Shown one piece after another: positions 8,481-17,054 of a DNA stretch of 30,406 nucleotides. Every line of letters starts with the position of its first letter. Position 1 is the first letter of the stretch. The stretch comes from an uncultured Eubacteriales bacterium (GTDB lineage Bacteria > Bacillota > Clostridia > TANB77 > RGIG9151). The position numbers and the translations under genes were made by a program. The notes under the pieces were generated by a model. It was given only the letters and a program-made list of their open reading frames with translations. It did no database searches and was not told where the DNA came from. The stretch lies in the NCBI GenBank assembly GCA_964640345.1, contig CAZXFU010000007.1, positions 1-30,406 on the forward strand, read 5' to 3'.

Positions 8481-8587
8481 TACAAAAATATATAATACAA
8501 CTGGTATAAGTGCTTGCTAGTAAATTTTATAAATGATATAACAAAAAATAAAATATACCGGAGTAGGAGACGGATATGAAATGAGTT

Positions 8588-8605
8588 GAGGAATTTCCTA
8601 TTACA
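8588..8605 (+). repeat. Copy 1 of a dispersed 16-18 nt motif GAGGAATTTCCTATTACA
   Basis: Nucleotides 8588-8603 are the exact reverse complement of 21647-21662. Nucleotides 8589-8605 match 21692-21707 with one gap. On the minus strand it lies just downstream of the sigE terminator T-tract. Confidence 0.6.
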
Positions 8606-8607
8606 TT

Positions 8608-8637
8608 AAAAACTCGGGAAACTATAAATTTCCCGAG
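8608..8637 (-). terminator. Intrinsic terminator after sigE
   Basis: On the minus strand: ctcgggaaa-7 nt loop-tttcccgag followed by ttttt. Confidence 0.65.
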
Positions 8638-8691
8638 CGAAATGACTTATATATCTTTAATTATTTTATCAAAAGTACAATAGATAAAATT

Positions 8692-9399
8692 TTACATCAT
8701 CTTAGCAATCTCTTTGCGAAGCCTCTTAATAATCTTCTTTTCAAGCCTCGAAATATACGACTGAGAAATACCGAGCATATCCGCAACCTCTTTTTGTGTC
8801 TTCTCCTTCCCACTCTTTAATCCAAATCTAAGCTCCATAATATTCTTTTCCCTTCCGGTAAGCTTATTAATAGCGTTATTAAGAAGTTTCATGTCCACCT
8901 CGTTCTCAATCTCCTTATTAACAGACTCTGGATCTCCACCCAAAATATCCGAAAGAAGCAACTCATTCCCATCATAATCCACATTTAACGGTTCATCAAT
9001 AGAAACTTCATTTCTAATCTTTGTCATCTTCCTAAGATGCATTAAAATCTCATTCTCAATGCACCTAGACGAATACGTAGCAAGCTTAATATTTTTATTA
9101 GCATCAAACGTATTAATTGCCTTAATAAGTCCTATTGTTCCAATAGAAATAAGATCCTCAATACCAACACCGGTATTTTCAAACTTCTTAGCAATATACA
9201 CAACAAGCCTCAAATTATGCTCAATCAAAACAGGTCGAACATCCTCGCCACACCTTAACAAACGTAAATAACGCTCCTCTTCGCTAGGTTCCAAAGGCGG
9301 TGGCAAAGTATCACTACCACCTATATAATAAAGTGAATTATCCTCACCACTCCCAAATATAGGTCCCAATACCTTCAAGAAAAAACCTTTAATATCCAT
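8692..9399 (-). CDS. sigE: Sporulation sigma factor pro-sigma-E (SigE)
   Basis: [13 protein letters not shown] follows a short hydrophobic pro-sequence. [36 protein letters not shown] and [23 protein letters not shown] closely follow Bacillus subtilis SigE as I remember it, and fit it better than SigK or SigG. ATG at 9399 follows GGAGGAG. Confidence 0.85.
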   Translation of the reverse strand: MDIKGFFLKVLGPIFGSGEDNSLYYIGGSDTLPPPLEPSEEERYLRLLRCGEDVRPVLIEHNLRLVVYIAKKFENTGVGIEDLISIGTIGLIKAINTFDANKNIKLATYSSRCIENEILMHLRKMTKIRNEVSIDEPLNVDYDGNELLLSDILGGDPESVNKEIENEVDMKLLNNAINKLTGREKNIMELRFGLKSGKEKTQKEVADMLGISQSYISRLEKKIIKRLRKEIAKMM

Positions 9400-9538
9400 A
9401 TACTCTCCTCCTACAATCACTACAACGTAGCAATATTTCAACTCATGAACTAAGTATATAAATATCAAAACGTAAAACTTGTCACTTAATGAAGCAAAAA
9501 AAGCAAAAAATATTACATATTTCGCATCTGCTTTTCTT

Positions 9539-11362
9539 CTACTTCATTTTACTTTCAAATTTTGCTCTTTGTTCTTTATTAAGAATTCTCTTTCTAAGCC
9601 TAATATTCTTAGGAGTAACCTCAACAAGCTCATCATCAGCAATAAACTCTAAAGCCTGTTCAAGAGACAACTGTCTCGGAGGCGATAATCTAAGAGCTTC
9701 ATCAGAACCGGATGCTCTCATATTTGTAACATGCTTTTTCTTGCAAACATTAACAACAACATCCTCGTTTTTCGCATTAACACCAACAATCATTCCCTCG
9801 TAAACCTGTGTGCCGGGAGTAATAAACAATTCTCCTCTCTCCTCAGCATTATATAAACCGTAAGTAACAGCCTCTCCGGTTTCAAACGCAACCAAAACGC
9901 CTCTTAATCTTGAATGAATTTCTCCTTTTGACGGTTGATATCCATCAAACAAATGGTTCATAATACCGGTACCCTTTGTATCTGTTAGGAACTCTGAACG
10001 ATATCCGATAAGACCTCTTGAAGGAATCTTAAATTCAAGCCTTGTATAACCTTGACTGCCGGGAGCCATGTTAATCATCTCAGCCTTTCTAAGACCTAAC
10101 TTCTCCATAACAACTCCCATATATTCTTCAGGCACATCAATAACAAGATGTTCCATAGGTTCACACATAACACCGTCAATCTCTTTATAAATAACACTAG
10201 GACGAGAAACCAAAAGCTCAAACCCCTGTCTTCTCATATTTTCAATAAGAACAGATAAATGAAGCTCCCCACGACCGGAAACCTTAAACGTATCAGCAGA
10301 ATCAGTCTCTTCAACCCTTAAACTTAAATTAGTCTGAACCTCCTTAAATAATCTGTCTCTTATATGTCTTGATGTAACAAACTCGCCTTCACGACCTGCG
10401 AACGGGCCATTGTTAACACCGATTGTCATAGACAAAGTAGGCTCGTCAATATTAATAAACGGTAACGGCTCAACACACTCAGGAGCACAAACAGTATCTC
10501 CGATATTAACATCTGCAATACCTGAAAAAGCAACTATATCGCCAAACTTTGCTTCTTCAGTCTCAATTCTCTTAAGACCGGAATAAGTAAATAACTTACC
10601 GATCTTTGCACTCTTATTAGTATTATTATGACCGCCACACAAAGTAACATTTTGACCATTCTTAATAACACCGCGTTCAATTCTGCCAACGGCAATTCTT
10701 CCAATATAATCATCATAATCTACATTTGAAACCAAAATTTGAAGTGGAGCATCTTCATCGCCCTTAGGAGCAGGAACCTTCTCCAAAATAATATCAAACA
10801 ATGGCTTTAAATCAGTAGCTTCCGCATTAACATCTGTCTTTGCAACACCGGTTTTTCCCGAAACGTAAATAACAGGGAAATCAAGTTGTTCATCAGTAGC
10901 TTCAAGTTCAATAAACAAGTCAAGTACCTTATCCAAAACCTCTAAAGGTCTAGCATTTGGCTTATCAATTTTATTAATAACAACAATAGGCTTCAAATTA
11001 AGCTTTAAAGCCTTACTCAAAACAAATTTTGTTTGAGGCATAGGACCTTCAAAAGCATCAACCAAAAGCAAAACTCCGTCAACCATCTTAAGAACACGTT
11101 CAACCTCTCCACCGAAATCAGCATGTCCCGGAGTATCCACAATATTAATCTTTGCATCCTTGTAATGAATAGACGTATTCTTAGAAAGAATAGTAATACC
11201 TCTCTCCTTTTCTAAATCGTTAGAATCCATCATTCTCTCCGTAGTCTGCTCATTTGCACGAAACGTGCCACTCTGTTTTAACATTACATCAACCAAAGTT
11301 GTCTTACCATGGTCGACGTGTGCGATTATCGCAATATTTCTAATATCTTTTCTCTCTCCCAT
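9539..11362 (-). CDS. typA: Translational GTPase TypA/BipA
   Basis: Contains [34 protein letters not shown] and a BipA-type C-terminal domain. ATG at 11362 follows GAGGTG. Confidence 0.9.
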   Translation of the reverse strand: MGERKDIRNIAIIAHVDHGKTTLVDVMLKQSGTFRANEQTTERMMDSNDLEKERGITILSKNTSIHYKDAKINIVDTPGHADFGGEVERVLKMVDGVLLLVDAFEGPMPQTKFVLSKALKLNLKPIVVINKIDKPNARPLEVLDKVLDLFIELEATDEQLDFPVIYVSGKTGVAKTDVNAEATDLKPLFDIILEKVPAPKGDEDAPLQILVSNVDYDDYIGRIAVGRIERGVIKNGQNVTLCGGHNNTNKSAKIGKLFTYSGLKRIETEEAKFGDIVAFSGIADVNIGDTVCAPECVEPLPFINIDEPTLSMTIGVNNGPFAGREGEFVTSRHIRDRLFKEVQTNLSLRVEETDSADTFKVSGRGELHLSVLIENMRRQGFELLVSRPSVIYKEIDGVMCEPMEHLVIDVPEEYMGVVMEKLGLRKAEMINMAPGSQGYTRLEFKIPSRGLIGYRSEFLTDTKGTGIMNHLFDGYQPSKGEIHSRLRGVLVAFETGEAVTYGLYNAEERGELFITPGTQVYEGMIVGVNAKNEDVVVNVCKKKHVTNMRASGSDEALRLSPPRQLSLEQALEFIADDELVEVTPKNIRLRKRILNKEQRAKFESKMK

Positions 11363-11393
11363 TTTTAACACCTCTAACAAAATATATAAATTC

Positions 11394-11427
11394 AAAAAAA
11401 TGTAGGAATAAGTAACTCATTCCTACA
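11394..11427 (-). terminator. Intrinsic terminator after the S1 gene
   Basis: On the minus strand: tgtaggaat-9 nt loop-attcctaca followed by ttttttt. Confidence 0.65.
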
Positions 11428-11455
11428 CTTCCTTGTAACTTGAACTACCAAAAAA

Positions 11456-12595
11456 CTACTTTATAGTAACTTCTTCTTTAGCTCCCTCCGCCTTAGGTTC
11501 TTCCTTAACTTCTTCAGCCTTTAAATCAATTTCAGGTTCTTCTAATTCCTTCATGCTAAGTTCAATCTTCTTCTTTTCAACATCAATTTCCATAATCTTA
11601 GCATTAACATATTGCCCAACCTTCAAAACTTCTGCCGGAGTACCAACACGTTTGTGAGAAATTTGTGAAATATGAATTAATCCCTCTAAGCCAACTTCGA
11701 TTTGAGCAAACGCACCAAACGGAACTAATCTCTCAATCTTAACCTCAACAACATCTCCAACATGATACTTCTCGTTAATGTTGTTCCATGGATTATCTGC
11801 CGCCCTTCTGTAACCTAAAGAAATCTTTTTCTTTTCAGTATCAACAGATAAAACATAAACATTAACAATCTGTCCAACAGACAAGACTTCACTTGGCGAC
11901 TTAATTCTTCCCCAAGATAACTCAGAAATATGAATTAATCCGTCAACTCCGCCTAAATCAACAAACGCACCAAACTTTTCAATCTGTTTAACTGTTCCTT
12001 GAAGTTCAGCACCTTCCTTAATTTTTTCCCAAGCAGCAGCCTGCTTTTCAGCCTTCTCTTCTCTAGCAATAACACGCTCAGAAGCAACAACTTTCTTTCT
12101 GTCTTTATTAACCTCTAAGAACCTAACTTTAAGAGTTCTATCAACATAATCTCCTAATCTTGCATCCTTTTCAGCAAGTTGAGAAGCCGGAATAAACACT
12201 TGAATTCCGTTTTTATTAGCAAGAAGTCCAGCACCTACTTCCTTAGTAACCTTAACTTCAACATTTTTCTTATCTTCAATCCATTTATCAATATCTTCCC
12301 ACATCTTCATGCCTTCGATTTTACGACGAGATAATAAAACTGTACCATCCATATCATTGACTCTAACAACAAAAGCCTCAATCTCCTGACCAACTTTTAA
12401 CTCCTTTTCAGGATCATGGTCAGCCTCATCTGAATATTCGGAATACGGCATAATGCCATCGTACTTTAAGCCTAAATCTATAATAATATCTCCATTGGCA
12501 ACATTAGCTACTACTCCTTTTGTAATACTTCCTGAACGAATCTCCTTCAATGATTCTTCCAACATCTTTTCAAATTCTGTTACTTCTTTACCCAC
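11456..12595 (-). CDS. rpsA: 30S ribosomal protein S1 homologue with four S1 domains
   Basis: Four repeats of the S1 OB-fold pattern are seen (G..V.G.V..i..fGaFV.l..g.dGLiHiSe). It has a GTG start at 12595 and lies 15 nt downstream of ispH, unfused. Confidence 0.85.
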   Translation of the reverse strand: MGKEVTEFEKMLEESLKEIRSGSITKGVVANVANGDIIIDLGLKYDGIMPYSEYSDEADHDPEKELKVGQEIEAFVVRVNDMDGTVLLSRRKIEGMKMWEDIDKWIEDKKNVEVKVTKEVGAGLLANKNGIQVFIPASQLAEKDARLGDYVDRTLKVRFLEVNKDRKKVVASERVIAREEKAEKQAAAWEKIKEGAELQGTVKQIEKFGAFVDLGGVDGLIHISELSWGRIKSPSEVLSVGQIVNVYVLSVDTEKKKISLGYRRAADNPWNNINEKYHVGDVVEVKIERLVPFGAFAQIEVGLEGLIHISQISHKRVGTPAEVLKVGQYVNAKIMEIDVEKKKIELSMKELEEPEIDLKAEEVKEEPKAEGAKEEVTIK

Positions 12596-12610
12596 TTTCT
12601 ATCCATCCCT

Positions 12611-13444
12611 TCATAGTTCTTTTTGCTTTAAGCTTTCGACAACTTGGTCGATAAGGCATCTGGGCGTGGAAGCCCCAGCCATAACACATATTTTACACGA
12701 TTGTTCCAAAAAATTCAAGTCTAACTCGTCAATATTTTCAATAAATTGTGAATTACACAACTTTTTTGCAATTTCATATAACCTATTTGAATTAGCACTC
12801 GCCTTATCTCCAATAACAATTACATAGTCGGCATCTTTTGCTAAAGACTTTAGCTCGTTTTGACGTTCCTCGGTAGCATGACAAACCGTATCAAAAACAA
12901 CACACTCACGAGCCCTCTTTTTAATATCATCAACAAGCACTTTATTAGTCTCAATATTCATCGTAGTTTGAGACACAACACAAACCCTGTCAAGCTTACA
13001 TTTTTTAATATCATCCAAACTATTTACAACCTTAAAATCGCCATTAACCCAGCCTGAAATACCACTAACTTCAGGATGATTATAATCGCCGATTATGACA
13101 ATAAAATATCCATCAGAAGAATATTTATTTACAATATCATGTATACGTAAAACGTTTGGACAAGTAGTATCTATAATATTTAAATTCCTTTTTCGACATT
13201 CTTCTTTCTCAAAAGCAGTAACCCCATGAGCCCTAATAATTATATTACTGTAAAGTGGCACACTTTCTATACTATCTACAAAAGTAAGTCCTTTACTCTT
13301 AAGCTCCTCATTAACGAACTTGTTATGAACAATACTCCCTAAACTATAAACATTATCATTCTCTGCTAAAGCTTTCTCAGTAAGCTCAATTGCCCTTTTT
13401 ACCCCGAAACAAAATCCTGCAGTACTTGCGACAATTATCTCCAA
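12611..13444 (-). CDS. ispH: 4-hydroxy-3-methylbut-2-enyl diphosphate reductase
   Basis: Contains AGFCFGVKRAI, IVHNKFV and three conserved Cys (C12, C95, about C188). The TTG start follows AGGGGGAG. Confidence 0.9.
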   Translation of the reverse strand: MEIIVASTAGFCFGVKRAIELTEKALAENDNVYSLGSIVHNKFVNEELKSKGLTFVDSIESVPLYSNIIIRAHGVTAFEKEECRKRNLNIIDTTCPNVLRIHDIVNKYSSDGYFIVIIGDYNHPEVSGISGWVNGDFKVVNSLDDIKKCKLDRVCVVSQTTMNIETNKVLVDDIKKRARECVVFDTVCHATEERQNELKSLAKDADYVIVIGDKASANSNRLYEIAKKLCNSQFIENIDELDLNFLEQSCKICVMAGASTPRCLIDQVVESLKQKEL

Positions 13445-13446
13445 AA

Positions 13447-14049
13447 CTACTCCCCCTTAACAGAATCAATTGCCTTTTGAACAGCAACTTCAAGTTGTTC
13501 TGTAAGATTTCTTAGATCTTCCTTACTTAAAGCCTTGTCATAATAATCATAAAAATAAATAGGCTCTCCATAAACAATATGAACCTTAGACCTAAACCTA
13601 TAATTCTTCTCTGCATAAACCCCAACAGGAATAATAGGGACTTTCGCTTCATATGCAACCATAACTGCACCCGGTTTAAACTTTAACTTACTATCATCCT
13701 TTTTTCGCGTCCCCTCCGGGAACATACACACAGCATTGCCGTTTTCAACAAGTGAAACCGCTTTTTTAATAGCAGAAAAATCCTTCTTTCCTCTTGCAAT
13801 AGGAAAAACCTTTAACTCCTTTAGGAAAAAATCAAAAACCTTATTCTTAAAAAGCTCTTCTTTCGCCATCATCCACATACAGCGCTTAGTCTTAACAGGA
13901 ATAATAACAGTCTCCCAAGCCGAAATATGATTAGGTGTAATAACACATCCAGACTTCAACTTTTCAAACCTCTCACAATTAACAATATCTATCTTAAACC
14001 ATACATTCAAAAAAATGTTCACTAAAAAAACGCAAACTTTTCTAAACAT
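13447..14049 (-). CDS. plsC: 1-acyl-sn-glycerol-3-phosphate acyltransferase
   Basis: Contains the acyltransferase motifs NHISAWE (HX4D/E block) and FPEGTR, plus an N-terminal membrane helix. Confidence 0.8.
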   Translation of the reverse strand: MFRKVCVFLVNIFLNVWFKIDIVNCERFEKLKSGCVITPNHISAWETVIIPVKTKRCMWMMAKEELFKNKVFDFFLKELKVFPIARGKKDFSAIKKAVSLVENGNAVCMFPEGTRKKDDSKLKFKPGAVMVAYEAKVPIIPVGVYAEKNYRFRSKVHIVYGEPIYFYDYYDKALSKEDLRNLTEQLEVAVQKAIDSVKGE

Positions 14050-14054
14050 AACTT

Positions 14055-14732
14055 TTATCTCCCGTTTACAATATCAACAACTCTATCTACAACCTCTTCC
14101 AAGTTTAAATCCGTAGTATCAAGTTCAACCGCATCATCAGCTTTTTTAAGCGGGGAAGCCTTTCTTGACATATCATTTCTATCACGTTCAATAATATCAT
14201 TCTTAACTTCATCAAACGTAACGTTCTGCCCTTTATTTAATAATTCCTTATACCTTCTAGACGCTCTTTCGTCTAAGTTAGCATTAAGATAAATTTTTGA
14301 AGTAGCATTAGGAAGGACAACAGTTCCAATATCCCGTCCATCCATAATAACACTCTTCGACCTGGCAAGTTCTCTTTGAATATGAACCATTCTATCCCTA
14401 ACTTCCGGAACAGCCGAAACATCGGAAGCAGCCATAGAAATCTCAGGAGTCCTAATTAACTTTGTAACATCTTCCCCATTTAAGAAAATCATCTGACCCT
14501 CGTTTGAAAGCCTAACATCTAAATTAATCTCGTCCAAAACACTCTTAACATGCTCGGAATTTTTAGTGTCTAACCCCTTTCTAACAACATATAACCCAAC
14601 AGACCTATACATAGCCCCCGTATCAACATAAATAATGTTAAGCCTCTTTGCAGTAAGCTTTGCAACAGTACTCTTTCCCGCACCAACAGGGCCGTCTATT
14701 GCAATCAAATATTGTTTTTCCAAAATCAACAC
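14055..14732 (-). CDS. cmk: Cytidylate kinase
   Basis: Contains the P-loop IAIDGPVGAGKST, then YVDTGAMYR. The start is ambiguous between GTG 14732 and TTG 14729 or 14723, downstream of GGAGGA. Confidence 0.9.
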   Translation of the reverse strand: MLILEKQYLIAIDGPVGAGKSTVAKLTAKRLNIIYVDTGAMYRSVGLYVVRKGLDTKNSEHVKSVLDEINLDVRLSNEGQMIFLNGEDVTKLIRTPEISMAASDVSAVPEVRDRMVHIQRELARSKSVIMDGRDIGTVVLPNATSKIYLNANLDERASRRYKELLNKGQNVTFDEVKNDIIERDRNDMSRKASPLKKADDAVELDTTDLNLEEVVDRVVDIVNGR

Positions 14733-14755
14733 TCCTCCACATTTTTTTCATACAA

Positions 14756-14784
14756 ATTATACATAAAGCATTATAATCCGTCAA
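14756..14784 (-). promoter_or_regulatory. Putative sigma-A promoter of the cmk-plsC-ispH-rpsA operon
   Basis: On the minus strand: TTGACG (14784-14779), 17 nt spacer, TATAAT (14761-14756). Confidence 0.5.
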
Positions 14785-14808
14785 GAAATTCAACTAAAAA
14801 TTTACATC

Positions 14809-15249
14809 CTATTTACCCGAAATATAAATAATCATAGCATCAAAATACGTGTCAGAATCAGCCTTATCTCCATCAATATCCGCAGTAATATACATACCTT
14901 TTTTCAAGTCCTTTAATTCTCTTTCCTTACCGTCTGCACCGTAAATCTTGGTATCATCAAGAACATAAATAACAATATCCTCGTCCTCGGGGCCGTTTAT
15001 AATAACCGCGTTTTTATTAATTTTCTTTATAGTACCTGCCCTGTTAACAATATTCGGTAAAGGCTCTCCAACATATTTTTCCTCACTGCCGTCATCATTT
15101 TTTAACTCAACATTTTGTGAAGGATTAACAACATCATTGCCATTCGTCGGCTTCTCCTTGTAAAACCATCCATTTACAATACCGCCGGTAACAACTGCCA
15201 CAACAACAACCGAGCCAACACCAACACCTATCATTGCTTTTTTATTCAT
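14809..15249 (-). CDS. Hypothetical N-terminally membrane-anchored small protein
   Basis: MNKKAMIGVGVGSVVVVAVVTGGIV anchor, then a small beta-rich domain (TKIYGADGKERELKDLKKGMYITADIDG). The alternative ATG at 15285 overlaps the upstream stop as ATGA. Confidence 0.5.
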   Translation of the reverse strand: MNKKAMIGVGVGSVVVVAVVTGGIVNGWFYKEKPTNGNDVVNPSQNVELKNDDGSEEKYVGEPLPNIVNRAGTIKKINKNAVIINGPEDEDIVIYVLDDTKIYGADGKERELKDLKKGMYITADIDGDKADSDTYFDAMIIYISGK

Positions 15250-15281
15250 AAAACCACTCCCCTCTTTATTATTTAACAGGC

Positions 15282-16154
15282 TCATTTCATAAACTCCAAA
15301 AAATTTAACCCGTTATATTTCTTAATAACCTTATCTAAATTTTCAGGATCTTGATTTCCGTTAACAGTAAAACGTTTTAACTCCGAAAAATCACTAACAG
15401 ACCTATTGCCGCCGTGCCTAACTAAAACTTGCATATTATACCCGAATCTTCTGCCAATCTCATCCATCAAATCAACCGGCGGAACACCATACGGATAAAC
15501 CATAATATTAATATGCTTTCCTGTTGCATTTGAAATCAACTCATTAGCCATTTCTAAATCGTTAAAAATCCTGTTTCGACGCTCTTCTACGCTCTCCCCC
15601 GGAAGTAACGCCTTTAATACAGGAGTCTCAACGCCGTCATTATCTTCAGTATAGTAATGAGAATTGTACGTATGCGATCCAAACGTAATCAAATCGGAAT
15701 CCGACATCTCTTTAACCTGTTCCCATGTTAAATATCCGGCATAATTTTCATCGGTATATTTTGCAATAATATTTATATTTGCATGGATATCAAATTCTTT
15801 TAAAATCGGATATGCCAGAGTATAATTATTGTCGTAACCATCATCAAAAGTAAAGGCCAGTAAATTCGAATTTTCAACTTTTCTATTATCCTTTATAATA
15901 TCATAAGCCTCATCTAAGCTAACAATAGTGTACTTATCCTTAAAATACTCACAATACCGCCTTAACATATCATCAGTTATATATAACGTCTCAAGGTCCT
16001 TATCTTCCGGCATCTCTTTAGTAACCATATGAAACATAAGCACATTTAACGTAGGTTTCTTATCATAATTATCCCTAAAAATTGAAAACGTCAAAACAAC
16101 GCCTATAACAACAATCAAGAACAATAAACTTGCAAAAAATCTCTTTTTATCCAT
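15282..16154 (-). CDS. Polysaccharide deacetylase (NodB homology) family protein, membrane anchored
   Basis: Contains the AFTFDDGYDNNY NodB motif 1 and H-x-x-x-H-type motif SHTYNSH, plus an N-terminal TM helix. ATG at 16154 lies 8 nt after AGAGG, and the track start at 16160 is a TTG. Confidence 0.8.
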   Translation of the reverse strand: MDKKRFFASLLFLIVVIGVVLTFSIFRDNYDKKPTLNVLMFHMVTKEMPEDKDLETLYITDDMLRRYCEYFKDKYTIVSLDEAYDIIKDNRKVENSNLLAFTFDDGYDNNYTLAYPILKEFDIHANINIIAKYTDENYAGYLTWEQVKEMSDSDLITFGSHTYNSHYYTEDNDGVETPVLKALLPGESVEERRNRIFNDLEMANELISNATGKHINIMVYPYGVPPVDLMDEIGRRFGYNMQVLVRHGGNRSVSDFSELKRFTVNGNQDPENLDKVIKKYNGLNFLEFMK

Positions 16155-16875
16155 TTTCAAAGCCTCTAATCAAATCTTTTATAACCTCTCCCGCAATAAT
16201 AAGTCCCATAACAGAAGGTACAAACGAAACGCTGCCGGGTACACTCTTCTTTCCAACAGCAGATATCTCCTCACACTCAACATCCGCCCGAACCGGATCT
16301 TCCTTAGAATAAACAACTTTAAGTTTCTTAATCCCTCTATTTCTTAGTTCCTTTCGCATAACCTTAGCCAGCGGGCAAACGCTCGTCTTAAAAATATCCG
16401 AAACTTCGAACTTAGTAGGATCTAGCTTGTTAGCCGCACCCATAGCCGAAATAATCGGAATACCGTATTCCTGAGCCCGAACAACCAAATCAACTTTTGC
16501 AGTAACGGTATCAATAGCATCAACAATATATGAATAGCCTCTATCTATCATTCTATCTGCAGTCTCCGGCAAATAAAACTCATTAAAAATCTTAACATTA
16601 GCATTCGGGTTAATATCTAAAACTCTATTCCTCATAACCTCAACTTTTGACATTCCAATAGTCTTAAATGTAGAATGAAGTTGACGATTAATATTCGTAA
16701 CAGAAATCTCATCTTTATCAATCAACACCAAATTTCCAACCCCTGCACGTGCAATAGCCTCAACCGTAAAAGAACCAACACCGCCTACCCCAAAAACAGC
16801 AACAGTAGAACTCTCTAATTTCTTTAACCCATCGTTACCGATAAGAAGTCTTGTCCTTGAAAACTGATCTATCAT
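16147..16875 (-). CDS. tcdA: tRNA threonylcarbamoyladenosine dehydratase (ThiF/E1-like)
   Basis: FSRTRLLIGNDGLKKLESSTVAVFGVGGVGSF is a Rossmann GxGxxG motif, followed by DKDEISVTNINRQ. ATG at 16875 follows GGGAGAG. The upstream 39 codons of the track ORF are probably non-coding. Confidence 0.8.
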   Translation of the reverse strand: MIDQFSRTRLLIGNDGLKKLESSTVAVFGVGGVGSFTVEAIARAGVGNLVLIDKDEISVTNINRQLHSTFKTIGMSKVEVMRNRVLDINPNANVKIFNEFYLPETADRMIDRGYSYIVDAIDTVTAKVDLVVRAQEYGIPIISAMGAANKLDPTKFEVSDIFKTSVCPLAKVMRKELRNRGIKKLKVVYSKEDPVRADVECEEISAVGKKSVPGSVSFVPSVMGLIIAGEVIKDLIRGFENG

Positions 16876-16990
16876 AAACATCTCTCCCGCTATCACTTTG
16901 TCAAAACATTCTAAACTAGTCTCATATTTTTTACAATTCATTATACAATAATTCACTTGCAAAAGATAGTCGTTATCCACAAATGTTTTC

Positions 16991-17054
16991 AAAAATCAGA
17001 AAGTAAACCGGTAATTGCCAAAACTCCTTTTTTACAATTACCGGTTTACTTTCT
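16991..17054 (-). terminator. Intrinsic terminator after clpC (20-bp stem)
   Basis: Arm 17035-17054 is the reverse complement of 16998-17017 with a 17-nt loop, followed on the minus strand by gattttt. The stem overlaps the clpC stop codon. Confidence 0.6.

Noticed and set aside
8481-8587. Possible riboswitch or sRNA in the 230-bp gap between the sigE terminator and the asp23 promoter
   Set aside because: I found no convincing conserved-looking secondary structure or known riboswitch motif by eye. The sequence is very AT-rich, and only the repeat motif and the terminator are reportable.
9400-9468. N-terminal extensions of track ORFs (sigE to 9468, folD to 1395, typA to 11395, asp23 to 8461, tcdA to 16992, rpe to 20212, rarA to 23008)
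   Set aside because: In each case an internal ATG with a well-spaced GGAGG-like RBS matches the canonical family N-terminus. The extension overlaps a neighbouring gene, promoter or terminator.
11456-13444. Possible IspH-S1 fusion protein, as occurs in some Clostridia
   Set aside because: ispH ends with TGA at 12611-12613, and the S1 gene has its own GTG start 15 nt downstream. They are two separate genes here.
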